A DNA stretch of 64,000 bases from Schmidtea polychroa (taxonomy: Eukaryota). Below the pieces are notes generated by a model that was not told where the DNA came from, did no database searches, and was given only the letters and a program-made list of their open reading frames with translations. The translations under genes were made by a program, and so were the position numbers. The stretch spans positions 67,332,001 through 67,396,000 of the forward strand of contig CM097885.1 in the NCBI GenBank assembly GCA_044892525.1, written 5' to 3'. Numbering within the stretch: position 1 is the first letter of the stretch; each line of letters begins with the position of its first letter. Shown piece by piece: positions 12,901 to 27,623 of the stretch.

Positions 12901-15900
12901 TGTTTCCTACTTTATAAATGATGATATCTTTTAAAACTATCAAATCAGTCATTTGAAACAATGAGCTAAGTAAATCCAGATATATTACACCCTGTGAAGT
13001 CATTCTTTCTCAATCATAAATTGTAGTTTTATTGCCGTTTCGATATTGTGAAGTGTTTTCGGCAGAGTTGAATATCTCGGATGATTTGTCGGAATAGTTT
13101 AAAATGAATTTAAGTAAAAAATAATTATTCCATTTAAATTTTAAATTCTTTGGATAAATATAAAAAGATTAAAAAAAAAGATTCAAATAATTGAAACTAT
13201 CAATTAATTAATTTAAAAAATAATATTTATTAAATGTTAATAAATAAAGTATCTATTTAAGTCCTAAATAATTTATTTATTATTAATTTATTATTATTAA
13301 GCATAGAAGGAATATTTGCTAAGTATTTAAATAAAAATAATAAAATAATTTAATTTAAATAAAAATAATTTAATCGAATAGTTAATTCATTAACAAAGCT
13401 TCTGTTGCTTTTCGTGCTCGTACTCGTTTTCTTTTCTCACCTAAAGGTGCTGGATAGAGTTTACAAAATTTCAATGTAATTGCCATACCATTTGCAATTA
13501 TATTCTTTAAGAAAATTGAAAAATCTGTTATTCCATTCTTATCCGATATCCAACAATACCACTTTCTATATTCCACATTTAAAGATCTTTGAACTGATCA
13601 AACGATGTTCATTTTTTTTCTTTTTTTATCTTTGTATTTCATTTTTTGTGATACTTTCTATCTCACCAGCTGGTATTTAGTAATCGGTAAAACCTTTGTT
13701 TTCGATGCTAATTTTAATACTAGTTTTGAAGATTTTGCGAAGATTTTAGTTCATTTTTTAAGTGGAAATAATATTATTAAATTTATTAAAAATCCAACTT
13801 ATTTACTAAGCATATACAAATTTTATTTATCATAAATCATCTTAGCTTTTATTTAAAATTACTTAGCATTTAAATAGGTGCCAATAAATAATAATATGAT
13901 CTCAATTAAGGCATCCAGTATCGGACTATTTTTCCAGCACCGGGATTGAGCGAAATTTCAAAATTTTTACCCAAAATTTAAAAAACCACACACTTACACA
14001 CTTTTTTTAATCCATTAATAAAACACAGTTTAAAACAAAAATAAATGAAATTAGGTACAAACAGAGGAACTGAAATTGACAGTATTTTTTGTTTATTTAT
14101 TCATTTAGCTTCCGTCTTGAAATATCCTCTCAATAAGGTCAAAATGCCTGTGCTCTCATCACTTAAAAATGATCTGATTTTGGCCACCGTTTTTCCGCAT
14201 CCTGAAAACACTCGTTCTGGTTCTAATTTTCGTAACATCTCTCAAGGGTAGCTCCACGTTTACCTTCGACTTCGACAATGGCCAATTCTTTTTTCATAAT
14301 GTTTGTTATATCTTTCGCTGTTCGTGATTTGGAAATTATTTTGGAATTCATTTCCTTATCGATGGCTCTGGCGAGCTTCTCTTGCATGAACAACTGTGAT
14401 TCGACTTCTCCTTCAACTGCCTCACTGTCCGATTCGGATTCAAATGACTCATTGAGGTCAAGTGGCTTTGTCAGACCAGAAACCATAGAAACAATCTTCG
14501 CTTTGTTTAGACGTGTAAAAATTTAAGAGAGGATCCAACTCCGATTCTGCATAATTTTGGTTGCCTTTGTGCAGATATTGAAGCAAACTTGAAACTTTCG
14601 TTCGCCGTTGGTTCAATCGACGTGAAAGTGTTTCCTTCAGCCGAACAGCTAAGTCGCTGCTGCCCAAATTATTTATCATGAATGAAATCGTTGTGTCAGC
14701 TGACAATAGTGTTGCGTTACGACGACAAAGTGCTTTCACAGCTAACTTTACTGGTTCAAGTGTTGTTACCAAATTTTGAATCATGTTCAGTTCTTCTTCT
14801 TCAAATGAAATAGCAGCACATCAATGATTTTAAAACGCAGTTTTTAACTTTATGGAAACTTTCCAGCATAGAAAAAAGACTGTTCCATCGCATCATTAAC
14901 TGAATTTCTTTTCCGAATTCTGCTTTGATATATTTCTGGAGAATGTCATTTTTTTCGGAGATTGACGAAATAGCTTGGCAACAGACCGTACTTTACCGAT
15001 GAATACATAAAGCTTATCCGTGAATTCTGGCTTATCTTCATTGCAAACAATTTGAAATCCGTCATATTCACCTTCATTGTCTGAATCGTTGTCATATTTA
15101 TCATCCACTTCTTCAATTGAGGTTGAAACAGGTTTTTTTGTAAAGGAAATTCACACCCGCCAGATGTATGGTATGTGTTAAACATAGTTGTTGCTCGCAA
15201 GAAAGCAATTTTCCCACTTTTACCATTACAGCGGCACCATCTGTCACGGTGCATACAATATCTTCGCGAAAATTTAATCCAAAAAACTCCAGTTTTTCGT
15301 CAATAAGTTTGATGCAGTTTTCTGCCGGCAAAGATCCATGCCCTCGAACGAGTCCTAAATTCCAAAATTTATTTTAAATGTGCATTTTTTGAATCCATTC
15401 GTCAAAGCTAATAGTGAATTTCTTCCGAGACTCCAAGATAAGTAATTCAAGCTTGTATTTTTGCTGAATCATTCGGCAATACTTCATGACCATAGTTGTT
15501 GGTTTTCTTACGTCAAATCCACGAGCCGACAATGATTTGCGTTCCTCCACCGATGATATAAAAAAGCTGAAAGGTAATCCATCGGAGGCTGTCATACGGG
15601 ATAATACTGCTTCCAGAGATCTATCGTAATGAACAAGATAATTAGTGATAAATATTTTGCTCGTAGAGGCTTGTAGGTCATTGATTTATCACGATGGAGT
15701 GAGTTGCGATGTGCTTATAGAAGCCGCTTGTCGATCCGCTCGTCGTTTTCAAAATTTTATGAAATATTTTACACTTGGCAGACTTTTCTTCTTGTCAAAT
15801 TGATTAAATTTTTACATACACTTTCTCCAAACAATCAAAAGACAGACAATAAAAACCATTAATAAAATTGAATAAATATTAAACTTCACACTTCCATAAA

Positions 15901-18900
15901 TGGTGAAGTAATCCGCTGATGCACACACCAACGTGTATTATAGAAACTTTTATATTTCGGATTTAGGTGTATTCAAGAGTATTCATGTCCATTATCGAGG
16001 GTGTATTGCGTTGGCGTTGATTTATACTCTTTCTAGTGCGCATGTATAATTTAAGAATAACTCAGGGGATAAAACCGATTCTCATCCGTTTTTAAATCAC
16101 TAAATAATTCCATAAAATTTTATTCAATAAAGGATATCTCAAAAAACTTGTCTGTCCTTATTTTTGTTATTTAAACAAATTTCAGATTTTCTTAAAATAT
16201 TTCTTTGATAAATTTCTTCTTTTTAAAATATTTTTCAATAAAAATATTTTTAAAATTTTTACCAAATTTCTAATTAATCTAAAGAATCTTTTAACTTCCT
16301 CATATCTCCCTCCTTAAGAAATTTTTTAAGTTTTTCCACCTTTCTTTCAATCTTTTTACCATTCTCGTTTCTTAAGATATATCGTCTGTCATGTACTTTC
16401 TCGATTACTTTATATGGTCCCTCATATCTGTCCTGGCTTTTGTTGCGTGTTTCTAATTTTACTAACACATCATCTCCTACGTCAAATTTCCTCCTTGTTT
16501 GTTCTTGTTCTTCCTTTACCTGTTTTTCTTTTGACCCGTACCATTTCTCCTTGCTAATCTTTTTTCCAAAAACTATCTCTGCCGGGCTTATTCCTGTCGT
16601 TTTTTGTTTGGTTGCATTTAATGTAAATTCGACTTCTGGTAGTATCTCTGCCGTCTTCCTTCTGTCTCGTAAAGTAGCATTTATCAGCTCTTGTATTGTC
16701 CTGAATTGCCTTTCTATCTGTCCATTTGTTTGGTGATGGTATGGACTCGAAAAACATAACTTAATATCAAGTTTCTTTGTGAATTCTCTCAACATTCCTG
16801 ATTCAAACGCCTTCCCACAATCAACTTTTATCTCCTTTGGACACCCGAATCTTAAAATCCATTTTTCTAAAACCGTTTTTTTTAATGTTTCTTCGTCTTG
16901 TCTTGTTATAGCTGTCAGGACTTGATACTTACTATACTGGTCTATTATACCCAATATATACTTCTTACGTCCTTTTATTTCTTGCATTGGTCCACCTATA
17001 TCCACAAATATAATTTCGAACATTTCGGTTGATTCTAATTTTTTTACTGGTTCCTTCGTTGTAATTGTTATAGCCTTGGTTTTTTGACAAGTCTCACAAC
17101 TTCGAATAGTTTCCTGAATCTGACTCCATAGGTTTTTCCCAATATATCTATCTTTCATATAATCAGCTATCTTCTCGACTCCAGCATGACACGCATTATG
17201 CAAATAAAATGAATTAAAAATTGGTACCGAATCCCGGTATTCTGACAATCTTAATCCCGGGATTTCGGTACCAAACAAATCCTGGATTGGATGCCTTAAT
17301 CTCAATAATAAGAATAATTCTTGAATAAGTGATAAGAACAAAATCTGAACAAATAGCAAATCAATTTATATAATAGATAAATTGCGCCAACAAGTATAAT
17401 TAATTTTGTGGAGGATACCTCGCAATTGAAATTTTTACGAAAAACAACATTTAAACGAAAAAATTCTTACCTTGACAGGTATTTGTGATTGAATACTATT
17501 AAGCGCAACTCTTTTTTTCATTTCACATATTTCTGATTCAGGCAAGGTACACTGAAAATGAAGATTAATCAGTAAATTCATAACACCACAACAATTAATA
17601 TTTTATTAATAAACACTATCCTAATCACATAATTCGAAGTAGCGGATTTACTACAGCCTACGAAAGGCCATAGATGAGGTCAAAAAATCAGTAAAGTTAT
17701 TTGAATTACTAAACATATTCAAATACAAACATGCACTTATGCTTACACTCGTTTGCAATGAATAAACGCATCTATAATGCTTAAAAAAATCAATAAGTTA
17801 ATATTATATAAACACACAAACTTACCCGCGCGCTGATTATTAGCGTTGCAATAAATAAAGGCATTTAATACACGAAACTCAACTTAGATACATTTTCTAT
17901 AGTGGCGGTTAGTGTGTATACCAATTGGTCAACAATTGGTGACTCACCAATTTAATGAATTCCATTTTTTCTAGAAATTTATTTTAATCATTTTTGAAAT
18001 GGCTTTCAGGTAAGATGCTTAATTTTCAATAAATTTTAAAAGACTTGAATTTTGATCCATATAGATATGATATTATTATTCGAATTCTTAAATATTACTT
18101 TTAGTCAACATTTGTCATTATATATTATTTTTAATTAATTTTCAGGTTTTTTGGAATTATTTTGATATAATGTAAGTCAGATATATTTTTAAATTATAAT
18201 TAAATCAATCACCAAAAATGGATTTTTCTTAAACATTCCTAAATAAAATATAAGAAATTCTAATGAATGTTTAACTTAATTTTAAGTCAAAAATAATTCT
18301 TACGATGATATTTCATTTTCATGACCATTAAAATATATTTAAAAACATTTTCAGTGATCTTTTTTTCCCTCAAAATTGTCTAAAATAAAGTTATTATAGA
18401 AATTTATCTCAACGGCGCATTTCTCTATATCGAAAGTTTGCATGTGTTTTTAGCATGTGTTGTGTTTCTGTGCAGTATTTAATTTTTCTCAACTTTTTAG
18501 ATTTCGATAGTGTAAGGTGTATCTCATTGCACTATCAATGAGAACATCAGCGTAAAATCAAAGGATGTATGTTTCTATAATGTAAGATGTAAACTGGTAG
18601 AAAAAAACTGACACACGAACACAACACATAGTAAAATATGCATGCGAAATTTCGATATGTAAAATCGTTGCAATGAATAAACGCACTATAATAAATCATT
18701 TACAGAAATTTTTAGAAAATGGCCGAAAAAACTTTAACGAAAATTCCGAAAACTCAATATTTTGTAAGATTTATCTTCAAATTAAATATAATAGTTTTTA
18801 GTATTTCACATTGAAATTTCCCTATCAATTTTGCCATCCAATGTTGATTCTGGGAAAAACTAGGAAATCGTAAATTTTATTAACCTTAATTTAAAAATCA

Positions 18901-21900
18901 ATGTCCCTCCAAAGGAGATTCGATTTAGTGAATGAGGCTTTAGGAAGTGAGTTGAAAAAGACGATTTTAGAAATTTGGAAAACTATTTTGACCACTTCGC
19001 CGTTTTTTCATAAATGTTGTAAAAAATAGATTTCTTTGGAGATAAATAAATTATATTTGTCAATTAATTTATTTAAAAATAAATGAACTCACGTTGTATC
19101 GAAATAAATCCAAATTTTTATTTATAAATATCTAAAAATCCTGTAAAAATTAATGATAAATAATTTATAATAGAAAATTTTGAGAAAAAGTAATATTTAA
19201 ATGATTTCATATCTGTATGGATCAAAATCCTTGTTTAGAAAGAAAGTGCTGTTGAAGATTTATTGATTTTATTAAATATAAGAACTTTCAATTTACGCCT
19301 ATGATTCATTTTCAATTGACATTGTATTTATTAAAAAATTGACTATCAATCAATATCGATATCGATGTTTTTTATATCTTTACTGATTCCTAGTCAACTT
19401 TTTAATCAATACGATTTTATTAAAGTTAATAAATAAATTTTCGCTAACCAATAAAATACCCGTTCTTATCATTTCTTAACTATAAGTAAAATAAATGGAA
19501 ATTATAAAAATAATTTACGAAAATGTATTGTGAATAGATAAAAAAACATTCAAAAAATATTTCACCTTCGCTAACCAAGTAGCAGTTTTCCATTCGTGAT
19601 AGGTTTCCAAATACCGACAAGCGTCCGACTGTTTGTTGATGGCACATAACAGTTGAACACCTTCTTTTAAACAGTTGTTGGAAATAAATTGTGTAGCTAC
19701 AAGTTTGACAGTACTGTGGTGAGCATTGATGCTGGATTCCGTTGACTCAGCATTGATTGCTCCATTGGCAGGTGGACGATTTGATTCGTTCGATTGATTG
19801 GCTAGCAAACAAGCCAACTGGAGATCAGAAACATAATTAGAATTGGTTGGTGGAGTTTCAAGCAGTAGTCGAACTGCTCTATCCAAATCTCCTAAATTGG
19901 TTTATTAAATTATAATATAATATTTTGGCGATAATTCCAGTGTTTTAAGATTATTGATTGGATTCGATTCCGAGTCGAATCTAATTACCAACATGAAACC
20001 GATATAAGTCATATAAGCTCAAAACAAATCTGACATTAGACATGACATCGAATATTGCTTTATGTTTTGTTAGGTTGATGATAAAAATGAATCAAATTTA
20101 AAGAAAAATTAAATTACATAATAGTCTTCGATCCCATAGAGATAAATACTTGAACTGTTATGTCATAAAATAGATTTTAGAATATACCAGACTTTGAATT
20201 ATTTAATAAAAACTAATAAAGAGAAATAATATAATGATTACTAATAAAATCCAAATATACTAACCCAACATCATAAATGCTTCTGCACATTTTTGGGTTT
20301 GTTTGTGAGTTGTTCTCTTCCTTTCTAGACTCCAAAGTCGAGACTTTTGGTAATATCGATATATTTCTGTTGACCAAAGAATCTCCCATGGTAGAAAGGT
20401 TTTGTAATTATCAGGGTAGAATACTTTTAGAACTACAATCCAAAATTTAAGCTCGTAATCATCACCGAATAGAATTGCAGTCAAATAACATCGAATGGCC
20501 AAATTCAAAGCAGTCGGTTTAGAGGCGTTCTTAAAAGAATCTAAAAATTGACTGGACGCAATTAAAAGAAATAAAATTATATCAGTATTGATCTAACTAA
20601 TTGTCAAGTTGTTCAAACATTTTTGTTAATTTAGGATCTTTGACTATATCATCTTCTGTTTCCCAAAGTTCAGGGGAAATAATATAATTCTGTCGCCAAG
20701 GTTGATGTTGTAAGTAATGCTTTAAAACAAATGATAGCTTTGGCGGGAGTAGAGAAAGACAAAATACTGGCTCTAAAATTACATTACATCAAAATAAACT
20801 ATTGGTTTTTATAATAAATGAAATTTTTTAGCATTGTTGCTACTTGCTTCTGCTAAATGCAATCTTCAGAAACTTAGTAAAATCACGACAAGCGAATTTT
20901 AAACTTCGAACGAGTATCCCTACATACAAAATTTCAAAGATTATGGATTACACAATACCAAAATATTCATTGAACCGAAAGTGATGTTGTTATATTCAAC
21001 CGCACGAATCTACTAATTAAAAAGATGTGTAGTCCAATCCAAATTATCTAAAATACGCCGCATTACCATAAAGATATGACCCCCTGCTTCACTGAATACC
21101 AATATTCGTCACATGTCAAAACTCATTATAAATCTCTAGATTTTTACTCTCTATATTAACTTTACTGATGTTTGTATGTGCCACGCAAATGTTGTAAGGC
21201 CAAATTTGCCTACTTTCCGCGATCGGATTGAGCTGAAATATGGCAAGTAGATTCGATTTCCAGAACACTACATGCTATCAAAATTTCAGATCGATCCGAT
21301 CACGGAAAATGGGTTAATTTAAAAAATATTGATATGTCAAATCTAGTGTTATTTCCTTATTTCAATGTAAAGTCTTATCTATTCATTAACTTCGGATTAA
21401 AGAGATAACGTAATTATATCTGAATATGTTATATAAGTTTGAACCAATAATTGATATGATTATCATTATCACATTATCACAATCACGTAATTTAGGGTTT
21501 CGTTTGGTCACGCAAAGTGATTTTACGTAATAATACATATTCTATATCTAGGAACTACTTGCTTTTCCCATGGCCAGTTGTATGTGGCGTGTTCAAGAAT
21601 AGGAACTGGTAAGAATTTGTACGTTTTTGCTCCTGACGGTAAAACCCGAAACATTGTATATCAAACTGCATTGTGATGAAAAAATAAATTTATTTCAACT
21701 GCATATTTTATTAAAAGTAACTAATTATACGGAAAATATCATTAACCAGACAATGATTACATTGACATTGTTGTCTCTTCGGCGAGATACATACTATCAA
21801 ATTATCTTGACTAATATCGGGTACCTCAACAAGTTAAATATATTTAAATAATTAAATAAATATATAAATATTTTCCTTACAGCAGCAAAAGTGTATAAAA

Positions 21901-23959
21901 TGCATTAAAATGAGTGATATAAAATCAACGAAATATAATAAACAAAATTAACCAGAAAAGTCCTCTAGGCTGACAACAGAACATGAGGTTTCAAGCGAGG
22001 TGGCTCTGACTATTCTAATATCCGATGTTGCCAGCAGAGCTAGAGTTTGGCCATCATCTAACCAATCAACTCCATTAATACGATTATTTATATCTTTCCC
22101 CCATTTGATTGTTTTCACCACCGTACACTTAAAATACACGACTAATCAATTTTTAATTTGTAAAAAATTGATAATTTGAACATAAAAAGAAGAATTTATC
22201 CTAAAAAATAGAACTATATCCATAATCTATATTCATCGCGGATTGACACTGCTCAAATAGCTTTTAATGATATTAATAAAAGGTAGGATATCAAAGAGGA
22301 AAATTTTATCGAATAGTTTACTGAATTCCAGGATTTAGAAACTAGAATTTAATGTATTTTTTTTAAAAAGTACAAAAGTCTACACTGTCAAAAATTATAA
22401 ATGTTAATTAGTCTGGGAAATCTCAAACATCAAAAGTAAAGAGTTAAGACTTTCTTGGACTGAGGACATTAAAATTGAAAGATTGCATGAAAGACAGACG
22501 GTTCTAAAAGTCGAGGAAATAAGACAAACTCTTTAATCAAGAATAAAGTAATATACTATTTTAACGAAAAGTAATAAAAAAGATATTAAAATACATTTAG
22601 ATAAAATAATAAAAATTATTAAATAATTTAATTTAAAACTTCATTGGAGGTAGTTGTGTAAAATAGTGTCATTTTTGTTGAATTTTATGATTATTTCATA
22701 CAATTTTGAGCTTTTTTAATAAAATTAGTTTTTGATAGGATAGAATAATTATTCTAGAGTCAGGTTTGTTGTAGATTTTTGGAGATTTCGACTTTATGTT
22801 TTTAGAATGATAATTTAGTTTGAAGATATCAATTACGTGTTTAGACTTTCTTGAAAACTGGATATTCATACTGACAAAGCCCTTAAATCTGATGATTGAA
22901 TTCATTACTAACTCTTTGTGATCAATTTAAACAATTGAATATATTTTTATGTAGTCGTATAAGTTTAATTTAATGGACAATTTTGGAAAATTAAAAATGA
23001 AAAAAACTGAAACTAAATTAAAGGTATTGATATTGACTTTGGTCATACTTTCTGACATAGAATGTGTCAAGTTACTTTAAAAGTGCTTTAATTCACGAAT
23101 GTAATACATTGTTTTGCAGATGCCAAGTGAAAGGAGGGACAGTATGAGTAGATGGATTGGGCACCGCTGGCACAAGGCACCGCTAGCACAGTACCCCCCT
23201 CCCCCTCCCCCCGTCAGTAAGATTTTCAAAAATATTCTAAGTCTAAAAGTACATTTTTTTTTCAAGGTCAAATTTAAACAAAGACATATGACTCATCAAG
23301 GTCATTGAAACAAAGACCATGAGTCATCCTATGACTCATCAAATTTTTCAAGGTCATTTAAACAAAGACCATGACTCATCCGATGACTCATCAAGGGCAT
23401 ATGACTCATAATATGACTCATCAAGGTCAAAAAAAATTTCTCAAGGTCATTTAAACGAAGACCATGACTCATCAAGGTCATTTTCAAGGTCATATGACTC
23501 ATAGTATGACTCATATGTCCTTGGAAATTTTTTTCAAGGTCATATGACTCATCAAGGACATTTTCAAGGTCATATGACTCATAGTATGACTCATTTGACC
23601 TTGAAAATTTTTTTTCAAGGTCATATGACTCATCCTATGACTCATCAAGGTCCCTTTCAAGGTCATATGCCTCATAGTATGACTCATTTGACCTTGAAAA
23701 ATTTTTTTCAAGGTCGTATGACTCATTCTATGACTCATCAAGGTCATTTTCAAGGTCATATGACTCATACTATGACTCATCAAGGTCATTCGCAAGGTCA
23801 TATGACTCATCCGATGACTCATCAAGGTCATATTATTATTTTTAAAAAATATTATTATTTTATTTTTAATTTTTTCAAAATTCCCGCTAACGAAAAATAA
23901 TAATCGATAGCTCATTTTAAAGCTCAATCCAAGACCTTTCGAATGAGCTATATAACTTG

Positions 23960-23998
<39 letters not shown>

Positions 23999-26900
23999 GT
24001 ATTAATCTATATACTCCGAGTCTATCCGACAAAATATTTTGTCCCCCTATGGGTAATGCTCACAAGGGTACTGCTCACGCTCAACAACTCGCATTCGATT
24101 ATTTTATTTTTTTAAGGTCATATCATTATTTTTCAAAATATTGCGTAATAATAATAATTTTCTTTAAATCGTTGATTATATGATAATATTTTTATTTTTG
24201 TTTTAATTATCGATTACTTAATAATTTAATTTTGTTTAAATCGTTGATTATATAATAATATTTTTGTTTTTGTTTTAATTATCGATTACTTAATAATTTA
24301 ATTTTGTTTAAATCGTTGATTATATAATAATATTTTTATTTTTGTTTTAATTATCGATTACTTAATAATTTCATTTTGTTTAAATCGTTGATTATATAAT
24401 AATATTTTTATTTTTGTTTTAATTATCGATTACTTAATAATTTCATTTTGTTTAAATCGTTGATTATATAATAATATTTTTGTTTTTGTTTTAATTATCG
24501 ATTACTTAATAATTTAATTTTGTTTAAATCGTTGATTATATAATAATATTTTTATTTTTGTTTTAATTATCGATTACTTAATAATTTCATTTTGTTTAAA
24601 TCGTTAATTATATAATAATATTTTTTGTTTTAATTATCAATTACATAATAATTTCATTTTGTTTAAATCGTTAATTATATAATAATATTTTTTGTTTTAA
24701 TTATCAATTACATAATAATTTCATTTTGTTTAAATCGTTGATTATATTATTTTTTTTGTTTTAATTATCGATTACGTTATTTTTTTTTTCAAGGTCATAT
24801 TATTATTTTTCAAAATATTATTATTTTCAAGGTCATATTATTAATTTTCAAAATATTATTATTTTCAAGGTTATATTATTATTTTTCAAAATTTTATTAT
24901 TTTCAAGGTCATATTATTACTTTTCAAAATATTATTATTTTCAAGGTCATATTATTATTTTTTGTTTTAATTATCAATTACTTAATAATTTAATTTTGTT
25001 TAAATCGTTGATTATATTATTTTTTTGTTTTAATTATCAATTACATAATAATTTCGTTTTGTTTAAATCGTTGATTATATCATTTTTTTTTGTTTTAATT
25101 ATCGATTATGTTTGTTTAAATTATCGACTATGTAATAATTTAATTTTGTTTAAATCGTTGATTATATTATTATTTTGTTTTAATTATCGATTACGTTATT
25201 TTTTTTTTCAAGGTCATATTATTATTTTTCAAAATATTATTATTTTCAAGGTCATATTATTAATTTTCAAAATATTATTATTTTCAAGGTCATATTATTA
25301 TTTTTCAAAATATTATTATTTTCAAGGTCATATTATTAATTTTCAAAATATTATTATTTTTAAGGTCATATTATTATTTTTTGTTTTAATTATCAATTAC
25401 TTAATAATTTAATTTTGTTTAAATCGTTGATTATATTATTTTTTTGTTTTAATTATCAATTACATAATAATTTCGTTTTGTTTAAATCGTTGATTATATC
25501 ATTTTTTTTGTTTTAATTATCGATTATGTTTGTTTAAATTATCGACTATGTAATAATTTAATTTTCTTTAAATCGTTGATTATATTATTATTTTGTTTTA
25601 ATTATCGATTACGTTATTTTTTTTTTCAAGGTCATATTATTATTTTTCAAAATATTATTATTTTCAAGGTCATATTATTAATTTTCAAAATATTATTATT
25701 TTCAAGGTTATATTATTATTTTTCAAAATATTATTATTTTCAAGGTCATATTATTATTTTTCAAAATATTATTATTTTCAAGGTCATATTATTAATTTTC
25801 AAAATATTATTATTTTCAAGGTCATATTATTATTTTCAAGGTCATATTATTATTTTTGTTTTAATTATCAATTACTTAATAATTTAAATTTGTTTAAATC
25901 GTTGATTATATTATTTTTTTGTTTTAATTATCAATTACATAATAATTTCGTTTTGTTTAAATCGTTGATTATATTATTTTTTGTTTTAATTATCGATTAC
26001 GTTTGTTTAAATTATCGATTATGTAATTATTTAATTTATTATTATTATTAGGAAAGATAATAACGCCCGCNNNNNNNNNNNNNNNNNNNNNNNNNNNNNN
26101 NNNNNNNNNNNNNNNNNNNNNNNNNNNNNNNNNNNNNNNNNNNNNNNNNNNNNNNNNNNNNNNNNNNNNNNNNNNNNNNNNNNNNNNNNNNNNNNNNNNN
26201 NNNNNNNNNNNNNNNNNNNNNNNNNNNNNNNNNNNNNNNNNNNNNNNNNNNNNNNNNNNNNNNNNNNNNNNNNNNNNNNNNNNNNNNNNNNNNNNNNNNN
26301 NNNNNNNNNNNNNNNNNNNNNNNNNNNNNNNNNNNNNNNNNNNNNNNNNNNNNNNNNNNNNNNNNNNNNNNNNNNTTCATAAAACTTAATTTCTACCTCA
26401 ATTACATGATTTTCAACATTTGCATGATTATTTTAATAATTTTCAATATTTTCATAATTTCCAACATTTTCATGATTTTCATAATTATTAATATTTTCAT
26501 GGATTTTTAACATTTTCATAATTTTCTACATTTTCAATATTTTCATTATTATTTCAGGAACATTTTCATTAGTTACATGAACATTTTCATCAAATATTTT
26601 TCAAAGTAATATTTCCGTTAGCTTATTTTCAAACAGTTCTTATTATTACTTTTATTATTATTTACAAAGTTGTATTATTATTATTATTATGGTTATTATT
26701 GCAAATATTCATAAAACTTAATTTCTACCATAATTACATGATTTTCCACATTTTCATCATTTGCATGATTATTTTAATAATTTTCAATATTTTCATAATT
26801 TTCTACATTTTCAATATTTTCATCATCATTTCAGGAACATTTTCATCAAATATTTTTCAGAGTATTATTTTCAAAGAATTATTTTCAAAGAATTATTATT

Positions 26901-27126
26901 ATTATTATTATTATTATTTTTATTATTTTTATTATTATTTGGAAAGTTCTAATTATTATTTACTTAAATATTTATAAAATATTTATAATTTATACGTCAA
27001 TTACATGATTTTCAACATTTTCATCATTTGCATGATTATTTTAATAATTTTCTACATTTTCATGATTATTTCAGGATTTTTTTCATCGAATATTTTTCAA
27101 AGTATTATTTTCAAAGTTTTTATCAA

Positions 27127-27157
<31 letters not shown>

Positions 27158-27539
27158 TGCGAAGTTCTCATTATTTTATTTTCGATGTTTTATTATTATT
27201 TACTTAAATATTCATAAAACTTAATTTCTGCATCAATTTACGATTTTCAATATTTGATGATTATTTTCAGGAACATTTTCATAATTTTTAACGTTTTCAT
27301 CATTTTCAATATTTTCATCATTTTCAACATTTTCATTATTTTCCATATTTTCACGATTTTCAACATTTTCAGGAACATTTTCATCATTTTCTATATTTTC
27401 ATGATTTTTAACATTTTCATAATTTTCACGATTTTCAATATTTTCATCATTACTTTCTTCAAAATTCTTAGTTTATAAAATATTATTATTATCATTTTCA
27501 AAATTATTTTCAAATTTCTTATTATTTATTTTCAAAGTA

Positions 27540-27623
<84 letters not shown>

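Noticed and set aside
17211-17359. N-terminal ~50 aa of the integrase ORF
   Set aside because: It crosses the hAT TIR and TSD into intron sequence, so it is a fortuitous open frame.
23511-24032. ORFs of MSHMTL / MTHQGH repeats (also 23329-23514, 23544-23900, 38794-39147)
   Set aside because: They are by-products of the ATGACTCAT/TCAAGGTCA tandem array, open on both strands, and copy number differs between arms.
26048-26380. Poly-X ORFs (also 37509-37835)
   Set aside because: They run through N gaps.
24996-27478. Ile/Phe-rich ORFs and their mirrors at 36171-37190
   Set aside because: Translations of AT-rich minisatellites and (TTA)n; no domain content.
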